Source: a virus (Duplodnaviria > Caudoviricetes). Taken from it: 64,000 nucleotides of DNA. The stretch lies in IMG/VR virus record IMGVR_UViG_3300020577_008610, positions 64,001 to 128,000 of that record, one strand, 5' to 3'. A program made the translations under genes and the position numbers. Positions 1 through 10,099 of the stretch are shown here, piece after piece (positions within the stretch are counted from its first letter, which is position 1; each line of letters starts with the position of its first letter). The notes under the pieces were generated by a model, which worked only from the letters and a program-made list of their open reading frames with translations, did no database searches and was not told the origin of the DNA.

Positions 1-32
1 GTTGTTTGGTTGGTGATGCAGTAGATCCACAT
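1..32 (-). CDS. GIY-YIG endonuclease, N-terminus only (runs off window edge)
   Basis: Minus strand reads MWIYCITNQT, typical of a GIY-YIG start; TAATTA motif at 38-43 upstream. Confidence 0.55.
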   Translation of the reverse strand, partial: MWIYCITNQT

Positions 33-78
33 AGCGGTAATTATCCATTCACAGAGTTTGTTGGTTAAGAAAGTGTCG

Positions 79-1923
79 CTAGAGAACGCTGCCTATAAGG
101 TCATTGTCTTTGAAGCGGACTTCGAAGATGGAGCCTGGAGGGCCAATGACCAGACCACGGTTGGTGTTTGCTCCCACATCAAATTGGACTTCGCTGTAGG
201 TCCTGGTTCCAATGGTTCCGATAACATTTCGGATGTTTAGGCTTTGAAGAGACAGGACTCCAGTGTTGTTGTAAATGATGTTCCGGATGTCGTCCAACAC
301 GATTGGTTGGTCAATCTCGAAGAACTTTATATTGAAATACTGCTTCAAACGTGCCAGAACGTTGTTGAGGACAAGAGCCCGGTTGTAGTTTGGATCCACC
401 ACCAGGACAAACTCCACCTGAAGGTTGATCACCTGGGCATCAAGCACGTCGATGGCATCCGAAATCATCCGATAGGTGTTAAGGTACCGAGCAAGGTTCT
501 TCTTTAGTGAATCCGGAGAGACAATCAGCTGTCCGCTCGTGTTTCTGGAAATGATGTACAGGAGTGAAGAAAGGGGATTGCTCGGATTGGACCGAATAGA
601 AGCCCTGAAGACACGACCGAAGTTAGCTGGCATGGTGTATACACGAGCCAGGAGGTCTGGCTTAGTGACGATACGTGCCTGTGCAGCCCTTGCTCCACCC
701 ACTCTGAGCTTGAGATCATCCAGGTTAGGAGCATCCTCTCCTCCCGAAGCAGGTTGATCATTTCTTGCACTAAGACTCTGCCGTACCCTGGCGGAAACGT
801 CTGGGGTTGGAGACCGTGGGAAGCCAATTGCAAGGCTGATGATATTTGAGATGGATCCTGCTCCAATATTGTGAGAGAGTCCTCCGCCATACCTATATTC
901 AACTGTAATTGCAGTGTTGGTGCCAATCACCCCAAGAGTGGTTGTCCGAAGAAGACTTGTCGGGTTCAAGGTGAATCGAGAGAAGGTCTTTTTGCCATAC
1001 AAGGGAAGAGAAAATTCGGAAGGATCTGGGACAATATCATTGTCCAAACTTTCCGCATTTCCTCCTCCGAAGGTGAGAGTAGTCAAACGAGTATCAATGG
1101 ACATCTCCCGAAGGAAGCGGTATGGACAAGGGATGATTTGAAGGTTTTCCTTCACCAAGTCTCCGTCTTCGTTCTGATTGGTCAAGGCTTGGTAGATGGT
1201 ATCCTGAGCCAGATAGCCTACCTCGTAGTAGGTATTGCCTTGGGAATCCCTGACCGAAACTACCTGAGTTACATTTTCTTGGCCGAGAGTGAACTTCTTG
1301 AAGGCTTCGAACGTGCCAACCGTGAAAGACTCCGTGGCCCTGAAACCGGAAATTCCAATCTCTGTTCGCTCCAGGACAAAGTGGGTTACTTGATTGTTGG
1401 CATCTCGCTGAGAGATACGAACATTGGCCAAGAGAGCTCCGGTGCTGTCCACGTCAGCAAAGTCAATGTCCTCTGTTAGTTCGAACTGAATGCCGTTACG
1501 CGCCTGCACTCTGGTCCCAGTATAGAGAATCGGCATAGCCGTCTTGGAAGGCACAGGAGGGCTTACAGAGGTGTCTGCTGGTACTTCCACCGAGAAGGTG
1601 ACATTCACAACCGAAGGAGAAGCTCCGACGATCTCCACTCCAGCCGAACGGATGTGAGCCTGAATGTTCCTTGGCTCCACAGCCGTCTCTGGGTTTAGTT
1701 CGTGAAACTGGTGATCCATGTAGAAAGACTGTACGTCTCCCACGTAGGAAGCAAGGTCCAGGAAAAGACCTCCTAGCCCTGTTTCTGAAAAATCCTTGAT
1801 TCGGTCGGGGAAATGAACCCGAGCATGTTCGTACAGATCGGCCCGGAAGCCATCGAAATCTTTGTTTAGATACTTTCGCTGCTTGACGGTCTTGAGGAGT
1901 TGATTGCGGCTGTCTACGGGCAT
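79..1923 (-). CDS. Baseplate wedge subunit (T4 gp6-like)
   Basis: 614 aa; YLNKDFDGFRADL..FPDRIKDFSETGLGG, YRYGGG, ASGGEDAP and Q-RIVT..D motifs of gp6/baseplate J family. Confidence 0.9.
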   Translation of the reverse strand: MPVDSRNQLLKTVKQRKYLNKDFDGFRADLYEHARVHFPDRIKDFSETGLGGLFLDLASYVGDVQSFYMDHQFHELNPETAVEPRNIQAHIRSAGVEIVGASPSVVNVTFSVEVPADTSVSPPVPSKTAMPILYTGTRVQARNGIQFELTEDIDFADVDSTGALLANVRISQRDANNQVTHFVLERTEIGISGFRATESFTVGTFEAFKKFTLGQENVTQVVSVRDSQGNTYYEVGYLAQDTIYQALTNQNEDGDLVKENLQIIPCPYRFLREMSIDTRLTTLTFGGGNAESLDNDIVPDPSEFSLPLYGKKTFSRFTLNPTSLLRTTTLGVIGTNTAITVEYRYGGGLSHNIGAGSISNIISLAIGFPRSPTPDVSARVRQSLSARNDQPASGGEDAPNLDDLKLRVGGARAAQARIVTKPDLLARVYTMPANFGRVFRASIRSNPSNPLSSLLYIISRNTSGQLIVSPDSLKKNLARYLNTYRMISDAIDVLDAQVINLQVEFVLVVDPNYNRALVLNNVLARLKQYFNIKFFEIDQPIVLDDIRNIIYNNTGVLSLQSLNIRNVIGTIGTRTYSEVQFDVGANTNRGLVIGPPGSIFEVRFKDNDLIGSVL

Positions 1924-1934
1924 TGGCGTTGTCT

Positions 1935-2402
1935 TTAAATAACGAACAAGAGCAATTCTAGAGCTTTTTCAATAATCCCCAGTTGTGGCACGCTGTAAAT
2001 CATTAGGATGACAATCCTGCCTGTGTACCGATTGTCAATAAACTCTGGCCTAGAGTCGAATCCTACCAAGGAGATGAACGGCATCCATTTTGCTACAGCG
2101 GTGTTGATTCGGATCATAGCTTCAGCATCAAAGTCCTCTTTGGAAGAGAACTCAGCTACAAGGGGTCGAAGGTTAGCGCCCAGGTCGTAATGAACTAGTC
2201 TTTCTCCGTGGTTGGTAAGCAAGAGATTACGAAGGTTATCGTGGATCACATCCTGGATATTGGTGTACATAGCCAGGATGCCTTCTCCGGCATCACCCAG
2301 TTGGGCTGGAGTTTTAATTCCGATTGGGGTGATGCTGGCGGGAGTGGTCAGGACGTTTTGGGTCTGGAACTGACGGATACCAACGTTTTTGAAGCTCAGC
2401 AT
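1935..2402 (-). CDS. Baseplate gp25-like protein
   Basis: DNLRNLLLTNHGER...DLGANL motif; start moved to ATG at 2402 after TACTTA motif. Confidence 0.9.
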   Translation of the reverse strand: MLSFKNVGIRQFQTQNVLTTPASITPIGIKTPAQLGDAGEGILAMYTNIQDVIHDNLRNLLLTNHGERLVHYDLGANLRPLVAEFSSKEDFDAEAMIRINTAVAKWMPFISLVGFDSRPEFIDNRYTGRIVILMIYSVPQLGIIEKALELLLFVI

Positions 2403-2641
2403 TTTGGCCTGTCTGCTTACTAAGTATGAAACCAATCAACTCTTGGGCAAAAGAGGAAGACGCTCTTCGCAGGCTGTATGTAGAAGATGAGTGGCTTGGA
2501 CTCATTGTTCACAAAACAACATTCAGCCACTTGAAGGAATTTCTTTGTGCGAAGGGCTTTGGGGCATCAACAGCGAACAATTCCCATGTTTGACTTGTCA
2601 CAAAGCAGTACCCTCTTGGAGTCGTACTTTGCTAACTCTGA

Positions 2642-2983
2642 TTAGGACAAATTGTTCCTAGAAAGAATGGCCCGAAGATCGGCAATCTCTGATCGAAGAG
2701 CATCCAGGCTTCCCTGGATACTTCTTCTGTCGATTTCATCGCTAGCAACCTGAACGATGAACTTTTCGAGGAAGCCAAATAGGGCTTTAGTCCTTTCCTC
2801 TGCCGCTTGTTGAGCCACTTCTTCCTTTATCTTCTCCCTATTTGGTTCTGGGGGAAGTGTTTTAGGATTTGGTCCAGGATCCGGCGGTGCCGAGGGAGGT
2901 TCGAAATTGGCAATGGCCAATTCGGCTGGTTTTAGTGCGTCCAGCATATCGTTCTCTATGAGCTTTCCGTTGCTATCTGGCAT
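2642..2983 (-). CDS. Hypothetical protein
   Basis: 113-aa ORF abutting the upstream gene. Confidence 0.6.
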   Translation of the reverse strand: MPDSNGKLIENDMLDALKPAELAIANFEPPSAPPDPGPNPKTLPPEPNREKIKEEVAQQAAEERTKALFGFLEKFIVQVASDEIDRRSIQGSLDALRSEIADLRAILSRNNLS

Positions 2984-2984
2984 G

Positions 2985-4655
2985 TTAACTCTGATTTTCC
3001 TTGTTCACGAATACCCACTTGGATTTACATGGATCGATTTTACTCTTAAAATCGACAGATTGGCCTTGAATGTTTGCTTTGGCAACACTTGTCTGAACCT
3101 TCAACCCAATCAACCCTGGAATGGGCGAAAATGGGCCTGCAGCATTTGGAGCTGAAATGCCTTGGGATCCCAAGTTTCCAATTTCCGAGGCTACCTTGTC
3201 TCGTAAATCCTGCATTTTAGTGAACACTTCCTCCATGCATTCCTTGAATTTTGAGAATAGGACGATAGGGTCGGCATCATTCGAAGAAGCGGTATTGCAC
3301 CGCAGGAGCACCTTCCCGTCCTCGTGCGTCTGCATTTGGATATCTTTGCCCACCATAACGATGCGTCCCTCTTTGGTCATGACGAACAAGGAAAGATCTT
3401 TGTCATTCACTGTACCTTCTTTGATGAGTCGAATCTGTCCATGTTCTGAAGGGCCGTTGTCATCGTCCTTTTTGGTGGCAATCAGGCGAAGCTGCTCGGA
3501 TTTCAAAACAATGAAAGGCTGCCCGTTCTGCTCATCTTCTGGAAGATCAGCAATCTCTTCCAGGAGGTGATCTCCTGAAGAGGGATAAATGCCATTGTCC
3601 CCGCCAAAAGTGATCTTAAAATTCTTGTCTCCCTTGGTCTTCATGGCGATATAGAGTCTAGAAAGATCTCTCATGAAGTCTGGGTCACCTTCTCTTGGAT
3701 TATCCACCTTCTGGCTCTTGTAAGGGGTTTTGTAGACTTCTTTCTTATTCCTGACGTTCTGGATCACCCTAGGAGATGTCGGATTAAAGTTGTCAGCGGT
3801 TGGATCCGTGTTCTCATCCGCAGGCAACTTTCGAATGGAGCCCACTCCAGCAACAAGATCTATTGTCCCAGCCTTCTCAAGAATGTCCTGCCCGGTCGAA
3901 CCAGTAACAGGAACCACTGGTCCTGTTCGGTCAGCTCCCAAGCGAATCAAGGCATTGTTGGAACCTTGCAGGAGGAAGTCACCTGGACGCTTCTTGACCC
4001 TTGGCACAGTTTCCCAGGAGAACAAAGCGGAGGCGCTGGCATTGGTTACGATGTCGTCGTAGGGGTTGGTGGATCCTGAAGGTCGAAGAGAAAAAGATTC
4101 TGGCGTTCCGGCTCCGTTGGGGAAGGTGGGAGCGGAAGCTGTGAGATTGCTCAGGATATTCGAGGTCATGTTCCTCGGATGGTTGTAAGGATCAAATACC
4201 CGGTCCCCATGGGTGTAGTTCACATCCTCAACCTGCCTTGCCGCCATTGGTCTTGTCAGCCAATAACCAGAAGAATTCCCCGTTCTATAGTAATCCTCGT
4301 ATATGATGAGGACTTGCTCACCTGGCTTCACAGGAAGCTGGAAGTGGCTTGGAAACATCGGGTAAAAAATGTGGAGGCTAGGATGTCCGAGGTCTTGGGA
4401 GTTGGTAATTACTCTGGCAATGATGGAGTTGTACGGCATACCCTCTACCAACTCCGGGTTGGCAACAGCATCCTCAAGAGCATCCATCTGCTCATTCGTG
4501 AGCGAAGTCGGGTCATAGATTACATCCACCACCACGGCTCTTTGGAGGGTCGGGGCTTGTCCTCCAAGAAGTTGGTCCCGGCGTTGTTGTGTATTGTCAT
4601 TCGGACTGACTCCACCTGTCAGTACTCGACCAGCATTGAATCCACGATTGCTCAT
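2985..4655 (-). CDS. Baseplate hub/spike protein (gp5/VgrG-like)
   Basis: OB-fold-like LPVKPGEQVLII..YW, PGDFLLQGSNNALIRLG; baseplate context. Confidence 0.7.
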   Translation of the reverse strand: MSNRGFNAGRVLTGGVSPNDNTQQRRDQLLGGQAPTLQRAVVVDVIYDPTSLTNEQMDALEDAVANPELVEGMPYNSIIARVITNSQDLGHPSLHIFYPMFPSHFQLPVKPGEQVLIIYEDYYRTGNSSGYWLTRPMAARQVEDVNYTHGDRVFDPYNHPRNMTSNILSNLTASAPTFPNGAGTPESFSLRPSGSTNPYDDIVTNASASALFSWETVPRVKKRPGDFLLQGSNNALIRLGADRTGPVVPVTGSTGQDILEKAGTIDLVAGVGSIRKLPADENTDPTADNFNPTSPRVIQNVRNKKEVYKTPYKSQKVDNPREGDPDFMRDLSRLYIAMKTKGDKNFKITFGGDNGIYPSSGDHLLEEIADLPEDEQNGQPFIVLKSEQLRLIATKKDDDNGPSEHGQIRLIKEGTVNDKDLSLFVMTKEGRIVMVGKDIQMQTHEDGKVLLRCNTASSNDADPIVLFSKFKECMEEVFTKMQDLRDKVASEIGNLGSQGISAPNAAGPFSPIPGLIGLKVQTSVAKANIQGQSVDFKSKIDPCKSKWVFVNKENQS

Positions 4656-4719
4656 GAGGCACTCTTCTCTGAATTACATAGAGGATGCTCTAAAATTGAG
4701 GAAGTGCGTGCTCGTGTCG

Positions 4720-5163
4720 TTAATGCTTGTTCTTGTTTTTGCTGATTTGATTATAGATGTCATCTTCAGAGAAGTTGTCTTCCTCAATTTTCGGAGACTT
4801 CTCTTCAGCTGCGGCCACCAGCTCGGCTAACTTCAAGAGTTGGTTTGTTGCCTTCTCCATACGCTCCATATACTTGGCAAGGGTTTGCCCATGAATGGCA
4901 TGCTCAGCTGCCCTGCCATGAACCTGGACGTAGAGGTCAGCAAACACGAGGTAAGCGTTCTTACGATCAATGACAGCATTCTCGTAAATCTGTTTCCAGA
5001 GTTGCTTCTTCTTATCCAGGCTCTTATCAAGGGAATTCAGAAGGTCACCGAATGCCTTCATTTGCTCTTTGGCTTGCCGGTCAAGCTCCTTTGTCGGAAT
5101 TGGCTTGAATTCGGTTTCTGGAAGTGCGTTCACAGCATCCTTGTCGAAAAGATCGTTGCTCAT
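4720..5163 (-). CDS. Coiled-coil hypothetical protein downstream of sigma factor
   Basis: 147-aa helical ORF in tight operon. Confidence 0.7.
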   Translation of the reverse strand: MSNDLFDKDAVNALPETEFKPIPTKELDRQAKEQMKAFGDLLNSLDKSLDKKKQLWKQIYENAVIDRKNAYLVFADLYVQVHGRAAEHAIHGQTLAKYMERMEKATNQLLKLAELVAAAEEKSPKIEEDNFSEDDIYNQISKNKNKH

Positions 5164-5167
5164 CTTG

Positions 5168-5935
5168 TTACTTGGTCATCTCTTCCTTGACTGTCCGGTA
5201 TTGCTTCTTGAGAGAAGAGAGGACAATGGAAAGTTGTTTGCTTGACAATCCAGTTATTTCACGAATGTAGAGCATGACAGCTCTTTTACTAAGCAGGTCG
5301 ATGTCGTCGATGTTTTTCACCAGAATTTCGATGGCATCCAAACAGGACCGCTCATTGTCCGTCTTTGCTTTTCCCTTGAGGGTCTCTACCAACTGTGGTA
5401 AATTCTTGGAAATGTTATCGTTGATGAGAAGGTCTTCAGCCGAAGGTAGGACGTTCTGCTCCTCAATCAAGTGAAGATCATGCTTGGACAATGCCTCTCG
5501 ATTATCAAGAGAGACATAGTTCTGAACCACTTTCACATTTTGCTTTGAACGAACCGTAAGCCAGTGCTTTGCAACTACATTAAAGTAGGAGAAAGCCTTA
5601 GTGCCTCGATCTTTTTTCCACTTGTCAATGGTGCCATAGAGGAACTCTAGGCACTCATTCTTCAGGTCATCCCGGGACTCATAGAGAACGTGGTAGCCGT
5701 AGACGTTAATCAAATTCTCCACCAGCGTTGCGAACGCTGGCAGAATGTCCATAACGTAAATATTGTTCCGAGCCTCGTAGTTGTGAACCACCGTGTTATC
5801 AGGTAAAGTCGTCACTGACTCCTGGTAACGAACAATGGCTTCCTGGGTCTCATCATCGAAGTAGTTTCGAAAACTTTTCTCGCCCGGCTTCCTCCGTGAT
5901 ATTTTTTTCTTTTGTGGTGGCGACGCTGTGGTCAT
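5168..5935 (-). CDS. Phage sigma factor (late, gp55-like)
   Basis: RNYFD..TQEAIVRY; region-2-like IDKWKKDRGTKAFSYFNVVAKHWL. Confidence 0.75.
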   Translation of the reverse strand: MTTASPPQKKKISRRKPGEKSFRNYFDDETQEAIVRYQESVTTLPDNTVVHNYEARNNIYVMDILPAFATLVENLINVYGYHVLYESRDDLKNECLEFLYGTIDKWKKDRGTKAFSYFNVVAKHWLTVRSKQNVKVVQNYVSLDNREALSKHDLHLIEEQNVLPSAEDLLINDNISKNLPQLVETLKGKAKTDNERSCLDAIEILVKNIDDIDLLSKRAVMLYIREITGLSSKQLSIVLSSLKKQYRTVKEEMTK

Positions 5936-6267
5936 TAAGCTTCTTCCCCGGCAACCTCACGAACTTCAATGTACTTTTCTTTGGACCGTTGGGTGAACTT
6001 CGCCACCATCTTCGCAACCGCCAGCTTGGCAGCTTTAACCCCCTCCAGAGCATTCATGGTTGCCTGTTGCACCTGGGGCGAATCAAAGAACATCGGAAGC
6101 GCCAAACAATCTTCGATTGACTTTTCTGCATCCTGCAAAACCTCCGTTGTCTCAGAGAAGTCATTCTCCAAGATCAAAATGATGCTGGCAAACCTCCAGA
6201 GGTAAAATACAGAAACCACTAAGAGTCCTGCCAGCAGCAGACACAAGAGAATCAGAAAGGCAATCAT
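5935..6267 (-). CDS. Small membrane protein
   Basis: N-terminal hydrophobic helix followed by coiled coil. Confidence 0.7.
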   Translation of the reverse strand: MIAFLILLCLLLAGLLVVSVFYLWRFASIILILENDFSETTEVLQDAEKSIEDCLALPMFFDSPQVQQATMNALEGVKAAKLAVAKMVAKFTQRSKEKYIEVREVAGEEA

Positions 6268-6270
6268 TAA

Positions 6271-7449
6271 CTAGCCTCCAAGATGTGACAATAGTAGATT
6301 ATCATATTGGGCACTAATCGTCTCGAAGCTGTAAAGGATTAAAAGCTTTTGCCGAAGATCCATGGCCCACTCCTTGGGAACTGCGTGGCTTTCTACGAAC
6401 TTCAAGAATCTTCTCTTGGCATCGGCTTCTGTAGGATAGGCCCACTGAGCCCCGGGAACAAAGATTTGTCCATCCACCCTGGTTTCATGAACAGGAGCTA
6501 GCTTGTGCTCCACTTTCGAGAACCTTCCGTGCTTCATAAAATCCATGTGCCCGGACCAGCCTGTAGCAAACACAGGAAGCCCTGTGGCTGCTGCCTCCAG
6601 GATAGGCAGACCATAACCCTCGCCGTGCGTCAGGGAGACAAGCGCCTTGACCTTGGGATGGCTGTAGAGGCCCACCACCTCCGAGTTGGTCATGGGACCG
6701 TGCAGAAGGTAGAACTTTGGCCCAGGGCCACGTTGCACTCCAGCAAGGATTTGCAACAGGGTATTTTGGGTGGCTAGCCGATCAATCTTGGTGTTCCTGA
6801 TCATGTTAGTTTTGATGATCACACCAACGTCTGGACGATTGGCAAATGCCTCTGCCATCCACTTCAAAGTGTAAGGCAGGTTCTTCCGGTCGTTCTCGGG
6901 ATTGGTCCCAGTGATCTGGCCAAAAACCAGGAAGTTGAAGTCCGTTGGAATCTGGCTCAGGTCGATGCTGTGCTCCGAAGGATTTTTCACCTCGTCAATG
7001 AAAGACTCGGGAATCACCACAATCTCTGTGTTTACAGGACCGGAGTTCAAGAACGACTGCTTGGTGAACTCAGATGGAACAATAACCAAGTTCATGTTGT
7101 TGACAGCTTCAACCCACTTAGGGTTGCACTTGTCTGTCTCCACACCAGCCGTCATTCCGACGTTGAAGGACCCCAACATGGGATTCCACTCGTTCGGCAG
7201 TTGAAGCTGGATCGTGACATCATAGAAGGGCTTGGTATTCTCTGTTGCCTGGAGGATGCGACCCACAAGGCCATCCTCGGCTTCCACGTCCGTTAACCAC
7301 CCGGTGTGCCCCCAGTGGAGAGCTTCCACGGCGATGTCAAGGTCCAGCTCTTCTTCCTTGGAAAACAGCCACTTGGCCACCTGTCGAGCATGAACACCAT
7401 ACCCGGAGCAGGTCAAAACAGGAGCCCTCAAAAGAACAGTTTTTCCCAT
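6271..7449 (-). CDS. Glycosyltransferase, GT-B/GT4 family
   Basis: SGYG N-terminus; HGEGYGLPILEAAATGLPV motif. Confidence 0.9.
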   Translation of the reverse strand: MGKTVLLRAPVLTCSGYGVHARQVAKWLFSKEEELDLDIAVEALHWGHTGWLTDVEAEDGLVGRILQATENTKPFYDVTIQLQLPNEWNPMLGSFNVGMTAGVETDKCNPKWVEAVNNMNLVIVPSEFTKQSFLNSGPVNTEIVVIPESFIDEVKNPSEHSIDLSQIPTDFNFLVFGQITGTNPENDRKNLPYTLKWMAEAFANRPDVGVIIKTNMIRNTKIDRLATQNTLLQILAGVQRGPGPKFYLLHGPMTNSEVVGLYSHPKVKALVSLTHGEGYGLPILEAAATGLPVFATGWSGHMDFMKHGRFSKVEHKLAPVHETRVDGQIFVPGAQWAYPTEADAKRRFLKFVESHAVPKEWAMDLRQKLLILYSFETISAQYDNLLLSHLGG

Positions 7450-7451
7450 GG

Positions 7452-8879
7452 TTACTTCCCCTTGCCCTTCACTCCCAGCTTGGCCAGGATCGTGGGGTGG
7501 ATTTTCTTGAACGGATGATCAGCGGGCAGGTTGATGGAAGGCTTTGACTTTTCCACCTGGGCTGCCACTCTCTGTGGTTGAACCTGGACGTTCAGTGGTG
7601 TAATGCTCCACCGCTTCCGAGTTGCCTTCTCTGCTTCCCACTTCTGGATGGTCTCCGAGAGAGTCCTGGACCACTCCTCAATCATTTTCTCGAAACTGAA
7701 TTCGTGAGCCACATACTCCGTAGTCTTGGCCTTCATGGCAGCCTTTTCCTCGGCCGTCATCTTGTAAATTTTCATCAGACCATTGGCCACATCTTCCTGC
7801 GACGCAAAATCCTCGTAGATGTACGGAACCATCTGGCTTCCAACCAGCTTCCTGGTCACAGGCTCAATAGCAGCTCCCAGCTCCGTTCCATCTCGGTAGT
7901 CAACCACCTGACGGGTCAGACCACCTGTCTTCAGAGCCACCACAGGCTTGCCACACTGAAGGGAGATGAGGGTAGAAAGCCCAAATCCCTCATTCTTGGC
8001 AATGTTGATGCAACAATCCGTTACGTTGTGCAGGACGTTCATGTGCCCGAAATCAAGCTTTTGAACAGAGAACAGAACGTTGTTCTGTAGCCCCAAGAGC
8101 TCCTGAACCATGAGTAGGTTTGGACCTTCAGGATCTCCAGGATCTGTGTGCATCACAAGACATGCCTTCCGGTGTCCCTCTTTCTTTTCCAGCTTGTCCA
8201 GGAAGAGCTTCCATGCCTCCATGACATCAGAAGGAAGCTTGCGGGTCGCATTTCGGTTAACCCACAGAGCCATGAACCAATCAGCCCGGGGACCAAAGTT
8301 GGCCTTCCGTAGCTGGGCAATCTCGTTCTCCGGACCAGCAAAGTACATCTGCTTTGGGAAGGAGTGAGGAATGTAGTTGGTCTTCTCTGGAAAGTGAGGC
8401 TTGACCATCTCGTATGTCTTGTAGGACAAACAGTTGATCAGCTCCGTGGATTCATACCAAACCCGATTGAACATGGGGTAGGGATCATTGTCCCAGACGT
8501 GCCAGTATGCAATCGGACAAAGCTGGTGAATCTCATCCTCAACCTCCCAGAGCCAGACGAACTGCCTTGGATCGGTGAAAATGATGATGGCATCCGGACG
8601 CTCAGTCATCAGGATGTTCCGGACTTGATCACGGGTTCCAAAGCCATCCACAGGCTTGATGATAAAGTCAGGATTTACCTGGACAGTAGAGTAGTCCGGA
8701 TGCTTGATTGCTCCACCAAGGCATAGAAACTTGAACTTTCCTGTGGCAATGAGGCCCTCAATGAGCATCCTTGCTTGTACGCCCACTCCTGAAGGGGCAA
8801 GTGGGTGATCAGACAGGAACAGAATCTTCTTCTTCTCAAGCGGGGCGGTTACCGGTTCAGTTTGCTTGATGAGTGGCAT
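7452..8879 (-). CDS. Glycosyltransferase, GT4 family
   Basis: SDHPLAPSGVG; NRNATRK; NEGFGLSTLISLQCGKPVV. Confidence 0.9.
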   Translation of the reverse strand: MPLIKQTEPVTAPLEKKKILFLSDHPLAPSGVGVQARMLIEGLIATGKFKFLCLGGAIKHPDYSTVQVNPDFIIKPVDGFGTRDQVRNILMTERPDAIIIFTDPRQFVWLWEVEDEIHQLCPIAYWHVWDNDPYPMFNRVWYESTELINCLSYKTYEMVKPHFPEKTNYIPHSFPKQMYFAGPENEIAQLRKANFGPRADWFMALWVNRNATRKLPSDVMEAWKLFLDKLEKKEGHRKACLVMHTDPGDPEGPNLLMVQELLGLQNNVLFSVQKLDFGHMNVLHNVTDCCINIAKNEGFGLSTLISLQCGKPVVALKTGGLTRQVVDYRDGTELGAAIEPVTRKLVGSQMVPYIYEDFASQEDVANGLMKIYKMTAEEKAAMKAKTTEYVAHEFSFEKMIEEWSRTLSETIQKWEAEKATRKRWSITPLNVQVQPQRVAAQVEKSKPSINLPADHPFKKIHPTILAKLGVKGKGK

Positions 8880-9002
8880 TTCTTACCTTTTGCTCATTGA
8901 TTGTTGAGCATCGTTTAAATTTGTATTGCCTGTTTTAGGCAATACGCTCAGTCTACTGCAATTAACCAGAGAGACTCTAATAGGTGGCCCATAGTTACCA
9001 TC

Positions 9003-9266
9003 ATGAAAATCACAACTGCTCAACTACGTCAATTAATCAAAGAAGCCGTCTACAAAGGTCTACGTGAAGGCGCGTACGAACCACCCAACTGGGATGATTA
9101 TTTTTCTTCCGATAGAGAAAGTGGCCATGAAGGTATGATGGATGTCATTTTGAGCAAATTGGAAGAAGGCGAACCACTAAGCAAAGATGAGCTTGAAGCT
9201 CTCAAAAGCGAACTTAGTGGTGACAGGCACATGGCAGGTCTAAAGCACTCTTCCGGCGAATTCTAA
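9003..9266 (+). CDS. Small late protein, probable head-internal protein
   Basis: MKITTAQLRQLIKE N-terminus; TAGTTA motif at 8992-8997. Confidence 0.65.
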   Translation: MKITTAQLRQLIKEAVYKGLREGAYEPPNWDDYFSSDRESGHEGMMDVILSKLEEGEPLSKDELEALKSELSGDRHMAGLKHSSGEF

Positions 9267-10099
9267 ATCCCATATTTGATTCTAATAGACTCGGGCAAGT
9301 ATTCCGTGTTATAGCGAAGAGCCAATGGAATAGTCCATTCGTAACCCAACGAAATCTCCAGGTTCACGTTATTGCCCTTCTCATCCCAGCCCAACCACTT
9401 GTTTTCATACCAGTCCTCGTTGGGCGGACTATCACCAACAATCCTAGAAAAGGCCAAGGCTGTCAGGTGTTTCCAGTACATGTTCTGCGGAGACAGACAG
9501 AACCCGAGATTGTGGACCCTGGCAGGAAGCCTGTGAATGCCCTCAGAAGCCCCATTGAAGCCTGTTTCGCCCATGGGAGACCCTAAGATACGGTGAAACA
9601 CCACAGACGTTCTGTTGGGCCTCTCGGGCACGTAGAACTCGGGGGTCTTCCATAACTCAACCTGCCGGGTTGTAGCCTGGGTGCCAGAGTAAAGATGCCA
9701 GGAAGTGAAAGCTTTCTCAGCTTCCTCCGCACTGAACACATGGTCAGGCTCAATGAAGACCACGGTATATGGCTTGCACCTCTTTAGGATCAGGTTGTTG
9801 ACAATGTGGGTGAGTTGGCCTTTTGGAGTTGGCCAGTAGTCATCAATGATTTCGACCTTGGATTCGTTCAATTCCCGAATCTTCTCTCGGGTCTTGTCGA
9901 ACTCCTCCGGCCAGGAGACCCACTGCCCTTTGTAGGTCACTCCTCGGGTATTGCCCCATGGCTTCTCGGCCTTCACGACGAACACCTTGTCCACATAAGG
10001 GAGGATGGATCGGATGGACTCCTGGATGAAATCCTCGCCATAGAGGATTCGATAGACCGCTACAGTGCCTAGATCGCAGTTTGGATGAGTGGTGGACAT
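9263..10099 (-). CDS. Glycosyltransferase-like protein (GT-A)
   Basis: EDFIQESIRSILPYVDKVFVV; EPD variant of DxD motif. Confidence 0.65.
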   Translation of the reverse strand: MSTTHPNCDLGTVAVYRILYGEDFIQESIRSILPYVDKVFVVKAEKPWGNTRGVTYKGQWVSWPEEFDKTREKIRELNESKVEIIDDYWPTPKGQLTHIVNNLILKRCKPYTVVFIEPDHVFSAEEAEKAFTSWHLYSGTQATTRQVELWKTPEFYVPERPNRTSVVFHRILGSPMGETGFNGASEGIHRLPARVHNLGFCLSPQNMYWKHLTALAFSRIVGDSPPNEDWYENKWLGWDEKGNNVNLEISLGYEWTIPLALRYNTEYLPESIRIKYGI